A stretch of 64,000 nt of DNA from an uncultured Clostridia bacterium. GTDB lineage: Bacteria > Bacillota > Clostridia > Christensenellales > UBA1242. Position numbers and translations under genes: made by a program. Shown here in pieces: positions 1 to 9,452 of this stretch (its first letter is position 1; the number at the start of each line of letters is the position of its first letter). Where the stretch lies: positions 69,764-133,763 of the forward strand of contig CALWEJ010000002.1 in NCBI GenBank assembly GCA_944377165.1, read 5' to 3'. The notes beneath the pieces are model-generated. The model was not told where the DNA came from and did no database searches. It saw only the letters and a program-made list of their open reading frames with translations.

Positions 1-660
1 GATAATGTATTTTTAACTAAATCTATGCTAAATAAGTTTAGACGAGAAGTTATTGATAAAATTTATGTTGAGCTAACTAAAGTAAATCATAATAGCATTA
101 CAAAATGTAAATTAAGTCCGTTATATGAAAAAGCATCAATGTTTAAAGATTTTCAATATATAACAAATCTTAATGAGAAGTTAGTTAATAAAAATATTGT
201 ATTTTCACCAGAAACATATGATATGAATGAAATAAGAAATTTCAAGATAATGTGCGAAAGCAAAAATAAAAATGCATATTTAGATTTACCGAATTTCGCA
301 CTTAAAGAAGATATTGAAATTTTAAAAGAGATAATTTCTAGTACTAGTATTTCGGTAGTTGTAAACAATTTATGGGCTATTGGTTTAAATTGTAATAAAG
401 TCGCTGGTTGGGGTATGAATGTTTTTAATTCATATTCGGCTTTAGTCCTTTCAATTCCGTATATGAGTGCCGAAGGTGAAAATAAAAATTATAATGCACC
501 ATATATGACATTGCGACATTGTCCTTTAAAAGAGCAAATGCAATCAAATTGCAATAATTGTCCGTATAAAGATGGCTATAAATATGTATGTCAATCTGGT
601 AAAATCTTAAAGTTAAAACGAAAGAAGATTTCAAGTTGTACCTTTTATTTAGTGGACTAA
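1..660 (+). CDS. 3' part of a gene entering from upstream; U32-peptidase-like C-terminal region (tentative)
   Basis: Frame 1 is open from base 1 (no stop before the listed ATG at 25) to the stop at 658-660. The Cys-rich tail RHCPLKEQMQSNCNNCPYKDGYKYVCQSGKILKLKRKKISSCTFYL resembles the end of collagenase-like U32 peptidases. Family assignment is from memory only. Confidence 0.35.
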   Translation, partial: DNVFLTKSMLNKFRREVIDKIYVELTKVNHNSITKCKLSPLYEKASMFKDFQYITNLNEKLVNKNIVFSPETYDMNEIRNFKIMCESKNKNAYLDLPNFALKEDIEILKEIISSTSISVVVNNLWAIGLNCNKVAGWGMNVFNSYSALVLSIPYMSAEGENKNYNAPYMTLRHCPLKEQMQSNCNNCPYKDGYKYVCQSGKILKLKRKKISSCTFYLVD

Positions 661-693
661 AATAAAAAAAATTTATAAATTTTAGTAAAAGTC

Positions 694-722
694 TTGACAA
701 AAGTTGCATAATATGGTAAATG
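694..722 (+). promoter_or_regulatory. candidate promoter for tRNA-fMet
   Basis: TTGACA at 694-699, 17-nt spacer, TG-extended -10-like TAAATG at 717-722 (TG at 714-715), about 30 nt upstream of the tRNA 5' end. Confidence 0.4.
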
Positions 723-751
723 TATAGATGTACGAAACGTGCATCTAATAT

Positions 752-828
752 CGCGGGATGGAGCAGCACGGCAGCTCGTCGGGCTCATAACCCGAAGGTC
801 GTTGGTTCAAATCCAACTCCCGCAACCA
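752..828 (+). tRNA. initiator tRNA-Met (anticodon CAT)
   Basis: 77-nt cloverleaf: acceptor CGCGGGA/TCCCGCA with C1xA72 mismatch, D stem GAGC/GCTC, anticodon stem TCGGG/CCCGA (three G-C pairs), loop CTCATAA, T arm GTTGG-TTCAAAT-CCAAC, encoded CCA. Confidence 0.95.
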
Positions 829-1245
829 AGTAAACTTAGTTTAACTACTAAGTTTTTTTTATTATAATATAGACCTTCGGGTTGGGGTCCCAGTAAAACG
901 CAAGTTTTAATGGGGAAAGGAGCAATCGAGTAAAAGGCGAAAAATGCGAATGAAGAGAGCATTGAGCAAATACGAGAATTGCGACGCGGTCGTTGGTTCA
1001 AATCCAACTCCCTTTAGCGAAGTAAACTTAGTTTAACAGCTAAGTTTTTTATTATAATATAGACCTTCGGGTTGGGGTCCCCGTAAAACGCAAGTTTTAA
1101 TGGGGAAAGGAGCAATCTAGTAAAAGGCGAAAATGCGAATGAAGAGAGCATTGAGCAAATACGAGAGTTGCGACGCGGTCGTTGGTTCAACAAAACTCCC
1201 TTTAGTGAAGTAAACTTAGTTTAACAGCTAAGTTTTTTATTATTA
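797..1245 (+). repeat. tandem ~190-bp units each beginning with a copy of the tRNA-fMet T-arm
   Basis: GGTCGTTGGTTCAAATCCAACTCCC occurs at 797-821 (in the tRNA), at 988-1012 (identical) and at 1177-1200 (degenerate). Each copy is followed by the same terminator hairpin. Copies 1 and 2 are also followed by a near-identical ~125-nt GC-richer segment. Confidence 0.9.
832..860 (+). terminator. rho-independent terminator after tRNA-fMet
   Basis: Stem AAACTTAG (832-839) / CTAAGTTT (848-855) followed by a T-run to 860. The same hairpin recurs after each T-arm repeat copy. Confidence 0.8.
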
Positions 1246-1471
1246 TTTATACTTTTAATAAAAGAGAGATAAAATCAAACTATTATTTTTAAAAATTAAT
1301 TTAAAAGAAACTAAACTGTATTTATATGGTTCATTATTTCATTTTGCTAATTAAATATAAATTTTGAATTTAACATATTTTAATATGTTTGTCGTATTTT
1401 GGAATATTTTGCGAATAAGTACTATTAAGTATTTAAAAACATATTATATATAATATTGCTTAGGAGTGACT

Positions 1472-1735
1472 ATGATTCAAAAAAGATACAAGTTAATTAA
1501 TTTACAAGTAAATACAAACGGAGATTGTCGATTTGTTGCATTAAACAATAAGGAAGATTACGAAACTATTATTAAACAAGCGGTGGAATTTTATAATTTA
1601 TTGAACTTAACTGCATCTATTAAACTTATTTTAGAAAATATAGAACTATACATAGATAAAAATAAGTCAAAGGTTGATTTAATAAGAGAATTCGAACACG
1701 AATATTTTTTAACTACTGGTATTATGGTGGAATAA
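1472..1735 (+). CDS. hypothetical small protein
   Basis: ATG at 1472 is preceded by AGGAG (1462-1466). The track start at 1466 is a GTG inside the RBS spacer. No recognisable motif. Confidence 0.5.
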   Translation: MIQKRYKLINLQVNTNGDCRFVALNNKEDYETIIKQAVEFYNLLNLTASIKLILENIELYIDKNKSKVDLIREFEHEYFLTTGIMVE

Positions 1736-1980
1736 ATTTTTATTAGTCATTTAGTTGTAAAATTAAGGGTGTGTATTATTTTTTATTAAAAATGTAAATT
1801 TACTTAATAGCGGAAACTATTAATTATTGTTTTATTAGAGGTACAAATTACAACAACTTAAGTATAATTAAAGAAATAAATTACAATGACTAAGTCCGAA
1901 TAACATACTATTACAAAATAAAAAAGAATGATATTTTTCTATCATTCTTTTTGCTTATTGAGTCATTAATTATAATAACT

Positions 1981-4011
1981 TTAGAACAAATCGTCGTCAT
2001 CATCGTCATCGTCGTTTTGTTTAGCCATAAATTGATTTCTTTTACGTGCGTCGTAAAATACTTCATTTTCATCAAACATTCTGCGCGGACGATAAGTGTC
2101 GCCTTTTTGCGAGATATTGTAAACTTTTGAACCATAGCAAGATGAGATTTTTGTCTTTAAGCACGCATTAGGTGTAAAGGTTTTAATTATTATTTCGCCC
2201 TTATCTCTATAGGTCATTAATTGTTCAGGATATACAAGCGGTACAGATTCTACAACTTCGCTATACGACTTAGTTTCTTTGCCATCTGGTCCCACTGATT
2301 TGTTTTCAGAACCTTTTCTTATTGTTCGTTTGCCTAACAGTTCGCTAAATTCCTTATTAGTAGTCATATCTTCACTGGCAATATAAACTTGAATAGGGCA
2401 GTTATCTTTAATGATTTTACCTTCGTCTTGACCATATACTTGATACAACTGACTATATGATTGAACGGCAAGTTCAAAGAAAATACCACGTGATCTACCT
2501 ACCGTCATTATAGAACCGAATTGTGGGAACTTAGGCATATTACCAAATTCATCAAGCATAAAGTAAACATTTCGTTTTAATCTAGCGCCACTCAATGATT
2601 GTGCTTTTTCTACTAGACGTTTATATAATTGTGTGACGAACAAAATTGCTAGCGGATAACGGACACGAATTTCATCCGGTATAATAAGGAAGATTGCTGT
2701 AGGTTTTTCGTCCATATCTACGAAGTCGATTTCCGTTTTTTCCGTCAAGAAGCTAATACCTGCGTCACTAAATAGTGCAGTTTTACTAGAAACAAAGCCC
2801 ATATAGTTCTTTGTCGTTCCTTCCGCGTTATTCAAAGCGGTAGAAGCTAAGTCGTGAACTTGTGAGAATTTATCTCTATAGTCAAAAAGATATTTCTTAA
2901 TTGAAGCATAAGTATCACGTCCGCTATCTGTCATATTACATATTTTTTGTACATTGTATAGGTTGTATTTATCGCGGGTCATACCAAGTTCAGGGATACG
3001 GCTATCTTCAAGCATTGCAAGCATAACTGCGTGAATTAGTCGCTGAGCAGTACGTTCCCACGAAGGGTCTTTATCGCTCTCAATAGGTGCTAGGGTGGTA
3101 CAAATGTCGTTTAATGCGTTAAATGTATCATCGCGGAGTTTCCTTGACATAACGCGCATATCGTTTTCAAGCATTGATTTATCAACATATGCCTTTTTGT
3201 CAAATTCGAACCAAGTAGAAGAAGAATAATCAAAATCTCTTTGTATGATTAAATTATATTGCTTAGGATTATCTCCCGGTGGGTGCACGCGCACTTCATT
3301 TTCTAATGAGAAACTTCTTGTGTAAGTATCGAAAGGATAAGTCAAAGGGTTCCATTGAGTAGATGAGAATGGGTCACGAAGGTCAAGAACTTTAACATCG
3401 TATCCTTGGTTCATAAAGTGAACTGCATCTTTATCGTACAATTCGCCCTTAGGGTCAGTTATAACGAATGAAGGCTTTGAAGCAGTCATACTCATAAGTT
3501 GAAGAGAAGGCACTACGAAGCGTGACGTTTTACCAGAAGATGTTGTACCAACGACAAGGGTATGGATTGGCTCAACGAAGTTGATTTCCATTTTCCCTTT
3601 ACTTTCTTCCGCACGAACAAGGATTCCGTCTTTTTTGCTGTTCTTAATAGTAGATAAAGTATTATAATTAAATCCTTTATTTGTCTTTAATTCTTCTTCT
3701 GTGACGAAATCTCTATTAAAGAATTGACTCGTTTCATTGCCGTGTGTGTCTGTCACTTTGTCTATTGCTTTTTCTTTTTTCTTTTTGCCACCTTTACCAT
3801 CTAATACTCGCAATAGGTCATAAACCAATAGCGCGCCTAATGCTAAAAAGACGAAAATAAAAGGTTGTCCGCTTAACGCATATTTTACATTAAAACTGAG
3901 TGTCTTGTCATTTATATAAGTCATTATTACTGTCGCAACTAAGAACACAACTACCCCGACAATAACATATTTTAAGACTTTCATTAATACATTTTTTAAA
4001 TTGTCTTTCAT
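1981..4011 (-). CDS. virD4: T4SS coupling protein, TraG/VirD4/TraD family
   Basis: Two N-terminal TM helices, Walker A VVGTTSSGKTS, Walker B VYFMLDEFGN, 676 aa, C-terminal poly-Asp tail DDDDDDDDLF. Confidence 0.8.
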   Translation of the reverse strand: MKDNLKNVLMKVLKYVIVGVVVFLVATVIMTYINDKTLSFNVKYALSGQPFIFVFLALGALLVYDLLRVLDGKGGKKKKEKAIDKVTDTHGNETSQFFNRDFVTEEELKTNKGFNYNTLSTIKNSKKDGILVRAEESKGKMEINFVEPIHTLVVGTTSSGKTSRFVVPSLQLMSMTASKPSFVITDPKGELYDKDAVHFMNQGYDVKVLDLRDPFSSTQWNPLTYPFDTYTRSFSLENEVRVHPPGDNPKQYNLIIQRDFDYSSSTWFEFDKKAYVDKSMLENDMRVMSRKLRDDTFNALNDICTTLAPIESDKDPSWERTAQRLIHAVMLAMLEDSRIPELGMTRDKYNLYNVQKICNMTDSGRDTYASIKKYLFDYRDKFSQVHDLASTALNNAEGTTKNYMGFVSSKTALFSDAGISFLTEKTEIDFVDMDEKPTAIFLIIPDEIRVRYPLAILFVTQLYKRLVEKAQSLSGARLKRNVYFMLDEFGNMPKFPQFGSIMTVGRSRGIFFELAVQSYSQLYQVYGQDEGKIIKDNCPIQVYIASEDMTTNKEFSELLGKRTIRKGSENKSVGPDGKETKSYSEVVESVPLVYPEQLMTYRDKGEIIIKTFTPNACLKTKISSCYGSKVYNISQKGDTYRPRRMFDENEVFYDARKRNQFMAKQNDDDDDDDDLF

Positions 4012-4427
4012 ACCTATCCTTTTACCTAAAACAAATTTTCTTTATAAAATTAATACATATTTATAATAAATATTAATTAAAGTTTTGTCAATTAAAATAT
4101 ATACAGAAATTCATATCGGATTTTTGTATAATAAATAGAAGTTAAATTTATGTTTTAAATTAGGTGTTTAAACTAAGAATAAAATCTAAGTAAAAATCGA
4201 AGAATAAATAAAATAGTTCATTTTTGATAAATAAAAATAAAAAATATGATAATAATATCATAAAGTTTTTAATTAATATTTTTTAATTGATATAAAAATC
4301 ATTAATTAAAAATAAAAAATTTATAAAAATATATCAAAATTAGTTGATTTTATTTTTTAATATTGTTAATATTATGACATAAATTGACACAAAATAATTT
4401 TGTTGTGTTGTATAAGGGGGAAATTTT

Positions 4428-4784
4428 ATGAGTACTTTATTGTCAACTTTATTGGCAGAAGCTGTCAATACACCTGAATGGTTAAATACATTAACTAATG
4501 CTATTACAAATATTATTAATCCTATATTGATTTTAGTGGCTACAGCAGGTGTTATTTATGCTATCGTAGTAGGTGTTAAATTTGTTAAGGCTGATGAGAA
4601 AAACGAACGTGACGAAGCAAAACAAAAGTTAATTTCAGTTATCGTTGGTATAGTTGTCACAGCTATATTGATAGTTGTATTCTATTGGTTAGCGAGCGCA
4701 ATTAAAAGAGGAGACCTTGACTTTAAACAATGGTGGGGTGTAAACAACGGAGCTGTCACAATGGCAAAAGTTTTAGTTGCTTAA
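4428..4784 (+). CDS. small two-TM membrane protein, VirB2/TrbC pilin-like topology
   Basis: 118 aa with two hydrophobic helices separated by the charged loop KFVKADEKNERDEAKQKL. RBS GGGGGA upstream. Lies in the T4SS module. Family resemblance is from memory only. Confidence 0.5.
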   Translation: MSTLLSTLLAEAVNTPEWLNTLTNAITNIINPILILVATAGVIYAIVVGVKFVKADEKNERDEAKQKLISVIVGIVVTAILIVVFYWLASAIKRGDLDFKQWWGVNNGAVTMAKVLVA

Positions 4785-4801
4785 TTGTATTTATTATAAA
4801 A

Positions 4802-4826
4802 AGCGGAGAAATCCCGCTTTTTATTT
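4802..4826 (+). terminator. rho-independent terminator
   Basis: AGCGG (4802-4806) / CCGCT (4814-4818) followed by TTTTTATTTTT. Confidence 0.7.
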
Positions 4827-5257
4827 TTATTTAATACTTAATTTAATACTTTTTTAACTTATAAAATTTTGATTAAAGTAAATTAATACATTAAAAACAC
4901 ATTAATTATTTAAATTATTTAATTTTGAATAAAAATAATCCTTTCATATAAATAGATTTTAGATATATTAGATATATAAGACAATTAATAAAATTTTATT
5001 TAACTATGATTTATAAAAATATAAATAATTATAGAAATCATAAATTATATTTACTTAATTTTTTATTTTAACCTATTTCATATAGTTTGACGGTCTTCTA
5101 TTATATAATAATTTTGGTATTTTTTATAATAATAATTTTTATTGTTTATTAAGTTTACATTATGATAAAAGAATTAATAGCAATTAATGATTTATTTATC
5201 TTATAAAATAATTGTAATTTTATGCCGAATTTGATATAATAATTTTAAGGAGATTCT

Positions 5258-6736
5258 ATGGCAGATAATTTTAATGATACTGAGATTGAAGACGATGATG
5301 AAGAACAAGATGAATCCGAACTAGAGGAAGAATATCTTGAAGACCTTGAACTTGAAACTAATGCGAACGAAAGTGCTAAAAATCTTAGTTTAAAAAATCA
5401 GTTAACAGAATTAAGGAAAAAACTTCGTGGTAGATTACTGCCTGTTTTATCACCGTCTGAAAAACACCTTGTAAGTAAAGGTAGGCGCAAATATCCAAAC
5501 TTAGTAAAGAGAATTAATTCAAGTTTAAAAGCTAAACAAGATAGATTAAAATTCTTTTTAAGTATATTGGGGACGATAGTAGTTGTTGCATTAGGATTAT
5601 TTATTGTAATTTTTTTAGCAGTTGCAATTGGAGCTTGGTTTGATAGTATGTTTAGTTGGTTGTATGGCGGTGACGATAGTAAAGGTATATCGTCCGATAC
5701 ACCTATTATGACAGGTGCAAATTATTACGGACTCAGGGCAATTTTTAGAGATGAAGAACAAGCGCGCGCAGATTTAATTAATCAATATGTCGATATTGTG
5801 GATAACGCAATAGATTCGGTGGAAGCAGGTGCTCAAGATTATTCACTCACGATAAATATAGACTTGCCCGTGGAGTATGATTTTGCTTCGTTCGAAGAAT
5901 TGACATTTGCTAGTGAATATCCTGAACTATATACTATTATTGCAGGGAACGGCACGACTAACGGTATTGTAGATATAGTGTATTTAAATGATAATCCGCA
6001 AGGAACAGCGGTTGAATTATATGAACAATTAGACGCAATTATGTACTTCGGTCTATCGAGCGAATTGAATAGCGAAGTGGCTAATTTGTTGATAAATTAT
6101 ATTAATTCAAACGATTTGTATAGTATAAATTCAGAAAGTAGCGGAATGGATAATTCTCAAATAGAAACAAATATTGAAAACTCTATAAATCAATATTTTA
6201 CTAATGCCAGCACAGTTAGGACGGAAAAATTATATATTCGTGACTATATATTTAGTGGAAGTGATAAGGGAATTAATAATTTAGTTAGAGAAAATTATAT
6301 TTCGGCAATTTATATGCCTTTAACTAATGTTTCAGTAAGTGATTTTGAAATCGTTTTAGGAGGAGAAAATATTGACTTAAGTACTTTTGCTATCACAGTA
6401 TCAGATGGGACAAATAGTGCAATTATGTCAGCTGAACTTTTAGATGATAGTGATGGTAAAGGTGTGTATTACTTTAAAGCAAAGAATATGACATTTTCTT
6501 CTAATAAATACGAAAATATTGATGAAGATAATTTGTCATATTTAGCTAATGGAAAATCAATATATAATATTTTCACTGAATCTAGCGAAAGTGGTGTTGA
6601 TTATAATATTTATTTACAGGAAAAATCAAATACTGAAAACGAAAATATTAAATATTTGACATTTAAAGATAATGGCGGTATTAAACTTGATTTTTCTGGC
6701 GACTTTAACTTTGCTTTTGCTGATAGTAAAAATTAA
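5258..6736 (+). CDS. bitopic membrane protein of the T4SS module (acidic N-terminus, one TM, large extracytoplasmic domain)
   Basis: RBS AAGGAG. N-terminal run EDDDEEQDESELEEEYLEDLELE. Single TM helix ILGTIVVVALGLFIVIFLAVAIGAWF. No catalytic motif recognised. Confidence 0.55.
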   Translation: MADNFNDTEIEDDDEEQDESELEEEYLEDLELETNANESAKNLSLKNQLTELRKKLRGRLLPVLSPSEKHLVSKGRRKYPNLVKRINSSLKAKQDRLKFFLSILGTIVVVALGLFIVIFLAVAIGAWFDSMFSWLYGGDDSKGISSDTPIMTGANYYGLRAIFRDEEQARADLINQYVDIVDNAIDSVEAGAQDYSLTINIDLPVEYDFASFEELTFASEYPELYTIIAGNGTTNGIVDIVYLNDNPQGTAVELYEQLDAIMYFGLSSELNSEVANLLINYINSNDLYSINSESSGMDNSQIETNIENSINQYFTNASTVRTEKLYIRDYIFSGSDKGINNLVRENYISAIYMPLTNVSVSDFEIVLGGENIDLSTFAITVSDGTNSAIMSAELLDDSDGKGVYYFKAKNMTFSSNKYENIDEDNLSYLANGKSIYNIFTESSESGVDYNIYLQEKSNTENENIKYLTFKDNGGIKLDFSGDFNFAFADSKN

Positions 6737-6740
6737 ATTA

Positions 6741-6767
6741 AGTGCGGTAATTTATCGCACTTTTTTA
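6741..6767 (+). terminator. rho-independent terminator
   Basis: GTGCG (6742-6746) / CGCAC (6756-6760) followed by TTTTTT. Confidence 0.7.
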
Positions 6768-7051
6768 TTGTGAAATATATAAATTGCTAATTTATTAAAA
6801 TTTAACAATAAATTTTTAATTGTTTATTTTATAAATTTAAATTATTTGATTATTTTTTTATATAAAAATTATATAAACTATTTTTCTTATTTTTATTTAT
6901 TTTTAATGATGTATTATTATGTTTGTTTTTTAAAAAAATACTTAAATAAAATCAGTTATTGAATTGACTTACTTTAATTCTTCAAATTAAAAAATATTGT
7001 AAATTTTCTTTTATAAATAATGGTTTATTTATAATTTTTATTGTCTTTTTA

Positions 7052-7080
7052 TTGATTAATTTGTCGCAATAGTATATAAT
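7052..7080 (+). promoter_or_regulatory. candidate promoter for the 751-aa membrane protein gene
   Basis: TTGATT at 7052-7057, 17-nt spacer, TATAAT at 7075-7080. RBS AAGGAG lies ahead of the ATG at 7127. Confidence 0.5.
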
Positions 7081-7126
7081 ATATTTAAATAATATTAAAA
7101 CTATGGTTGCATAAGAAGGAGAAATT

Positions 7127-9382
7127 ATGGTTGAAGGACTTTTAGAAACTTTAGGTTCGTTAATATATCCGTTGTTTAGTATAATTTTTTTACTAGTAGA
7201 TTTATTGCAAGAATTATTTGCAATATTTGCCGGTACAAGCCTTCCGAATTTAAATTCAATTAATGCAAATATTAGTAATGAAAATACAGGAGAGTATAAC
7301 GAAACTGGGCTGGTGTTCTATCTATTAAATACGTCCGTTGTACGTAATTTGCTTGTATCAATATCTTTCTTAGCATTATTCCTTCTTATAATATTCACTA
7401 CAATGGCATTTATTAAGAACGTTTATGCTGCACAACCAAAGTCGTGGAAAGTCATTGCTGGAGATGCGATAAAGGGCTTAGCTAACTTTATATTCTTGCC
7501 AGTATGTTGTTTGTTAGGTATTTGGTTAGGTAATATTTTATTAAATGCTATCGATGGAGCGACTAGGCTTAGTGATTCTACAAACCTTAGTAGGCAATTA
7601 TTTGTTGTGTCCGCATATGATGCGAATCGGGTCCGAAATGGCGATTGGGGAGATACTATTGATATAGACGAATATAATCTAATAGCTACTATATGTGAAA
7701 ATAATAGCATCGCAATTAAAGAATTTAGCAATGACCCTAACGGAGACGGCGATGTGGAATATTATGCAGATATTATTGATCAATGCTTTTCTAAAATGAC
7801 TCAAAATGTGACGAGTTGGTCAGTTGTAAATAGATATTATAACCTTATGGGCATTAACTACATAATTTTAGGTGTAGGTGGTGTATCGATACTTTACTCT
7901 ATGTTCTATATAACATTTGGTATGGTTAAACGTATGTTTATGCTTTTATTCTTGTTTGTAATTAGTCCAGCATTATGTTCATTGTATCCACTAGATAACG
8001 GTAGTGCTGCAGGGAAATGGAAAAACAATTTCATTAGCAATACAATTAGTGCGTATGGAGCTATCGCAGGTATGAACTTATTCTTTAGCATTTCTCCTTT
8101 GATACAAGAAATTGATTTGACAACATCATTCGGCGGATTTAATGTAATAACTCAAGTAGCAGGAATTACAACCTTATTGTTATCTGTCGCAGGATTGTAT
8201 GTCGTAAAAGACTTCATTTCATTAGTTAACGGCTATATTGGTGGAGGAAACGCATTAGACGAAGGTAAAGGCTTGTGGGGTTCTACAAAAGGTGGAATTA
8301 AAGATAAATTAACTAAAGCTAGAGATAAGGTCAGTAAGAAAGTTAATGGAGCTTTTCAATCATATAATAAACGAAGAGGGCAGGAAAGATTTTTTGCTGA
8401 TCAGGTTAAAAGTGGAGCAATGACCCAAGCTGAAGCTGATGCAGAATTAAAGCGACAAAGAGAGAAAGCTACCAAAGATGCTTTCAAAGAAACTATAAAG
8501 AAATGGACGGGCATTGACACTAAAGGAATATCTGATGCCTCAGATGAAGGCTATCAGCGAGCAGGATCTGAATTTGCTAAACAAGCACATAAACGTCAAC
8601 AAAAGCAAGCACTAGAAAATATTAAAAATGAGATGCCCAAGATTGTTGAACAAAGGGCTCAGGTTCTATCCGATAGACGAGATAAAAAAATTACTAATGA
8701 AGAAGAGAAAAAGCAATTAGATGCAATTAATAAAAATCTAGAAAGATTGGTAGGCAAGGCGGAAGATGCTGGGACTAAAGAAGCTATTTTGTCCGTAGCA
8801 GGATATAATCCTGAAAGTTATAAAAAATACAAAGACGCGAAAAAAGAAGTTGATGATACTATTAATGATGTGAATAAAAAGGCGGCGGAAGTTGCATCGA
8901 TATTACAAACGTATAGGGGAGATACTAAATTCGAAGGATTATTGCGAAGTGGCGGATTGCATTCAGCTAAAGAAATAGAGAGAGCATCTTCTGATGCTGA
9001 GAGACAGGCTATGAACGAACGAAACCAACAATTAATAAGAGTTCGTGCATTGAATGATAGTATAGAGCAAATGAAAAAAGGATTTGAGGGTAAAGTCCAA
9101 AAATTTACAGAAACAGGATCAAAGGTGGATGGTAGAGATAAGGATAGGCAATATCTTGGACAAGAAATGGTTTCTTATATTTCGAAATTGTCTGAATCAC
9201 TTAAGTCAACTTCAACTATCGCTGCTGCTAACAGTGCTATTGATAAATTAAAAATTAATTTAGAATCATCTAAAACAATGGATAGGTCAATAACTGAAAA
9301 ATTAGCAAGGACTGTTGAATCAAAAATGGACGACATATTAGAAGCTGTTAAACAAAGAGAAAAGGCAAGCAATAAAAAATAA
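7127..9382 (+). CDS. polytopic membrane protein with long coiled-coil tail, VirB6/TcpH-like channel candidate
   Basis: At least 6 hydrophobic helices in the first ~370 aa, then a ~380-aa Lys/Glu/Ala-rich tail. Position immediately upstream of the VirB4-like gene. No motif-level proof. Confidence 0.5.
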   Translation: MVEGLLETLGSLIYPLFSIIFLLVDLLQELFAIFAGTSLPNLNSINANISNENTGEYNETGLVFYLLNTSVVRNLLVSISFLALFLLIIFTTMAFIKNVYAAQPKSWKVIAGDAIKGLANFIFLPVCCLLGIWLGNILLNAIDGATRLSDSTNLSRQLFVVSAYDANRVRNGDWGDTIDIDEYNLIATICENNSIAIKEFSNDPNGDGDVEYYADIIDQCFSKMTQNVTSWSVVNRYYNLMGINYIILGVGGVSILYSMFYITFGMVKRMFMLLFLFVISPALCSLYPLDNGSAAGKWKNNFISNTISAYGAIAGMNLFFSISPLIQEIDLTTSFGGFNVITQVAGITTLLLSVAGLYVVKDFISLVNGYIGGGNALDEGKGLWGSTKGGIKDKLTKARDKVSKKVNGAFQSYNKRRGQERFFADQVKSGAMTQAEADAELKRQREKATKDAFKETIKKWTGIDTKGISDASDEGYQRAGSEFAKQAHKRQQKQALENIKNEMPKIVEQRAQVLSDRRDKKITNEEEKKQLDAINKNLERLVGKAEDAGTKEAILSVAGYNPESYKKYKDAKKEVDDTINDVNKKAAEVASILQTYRGDTKFEGLLRSGGLHSAKEIERASSDAERQAMNERNQQLIRVRALNDSIEQMKKGFEGKVQKFTETGSKVDGRDKDRQYLGQEMVSYISKLSESLKSTSTIAAANSAIDKLKINLESSKTMDRSITEKLARTVESKMDDILEAVKQREKASNKK

Positions 9383-9452
9383 TGCCACATAATTAAAGTT
9401 GATAAAAAGTAATTTGTTGGAATTTTATTTAAACTAATTAAGAAGGGGTAAA

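Noticed and set aside
807-1007. 66-aa minus-strand ORF over the tRNA-fMet 3' end and first repeat unit
   Set aside because: It overlaps a bona fide tRNA and a tandem repeat and has no RBS. It is an artefact of the locally GC-richer sequence.
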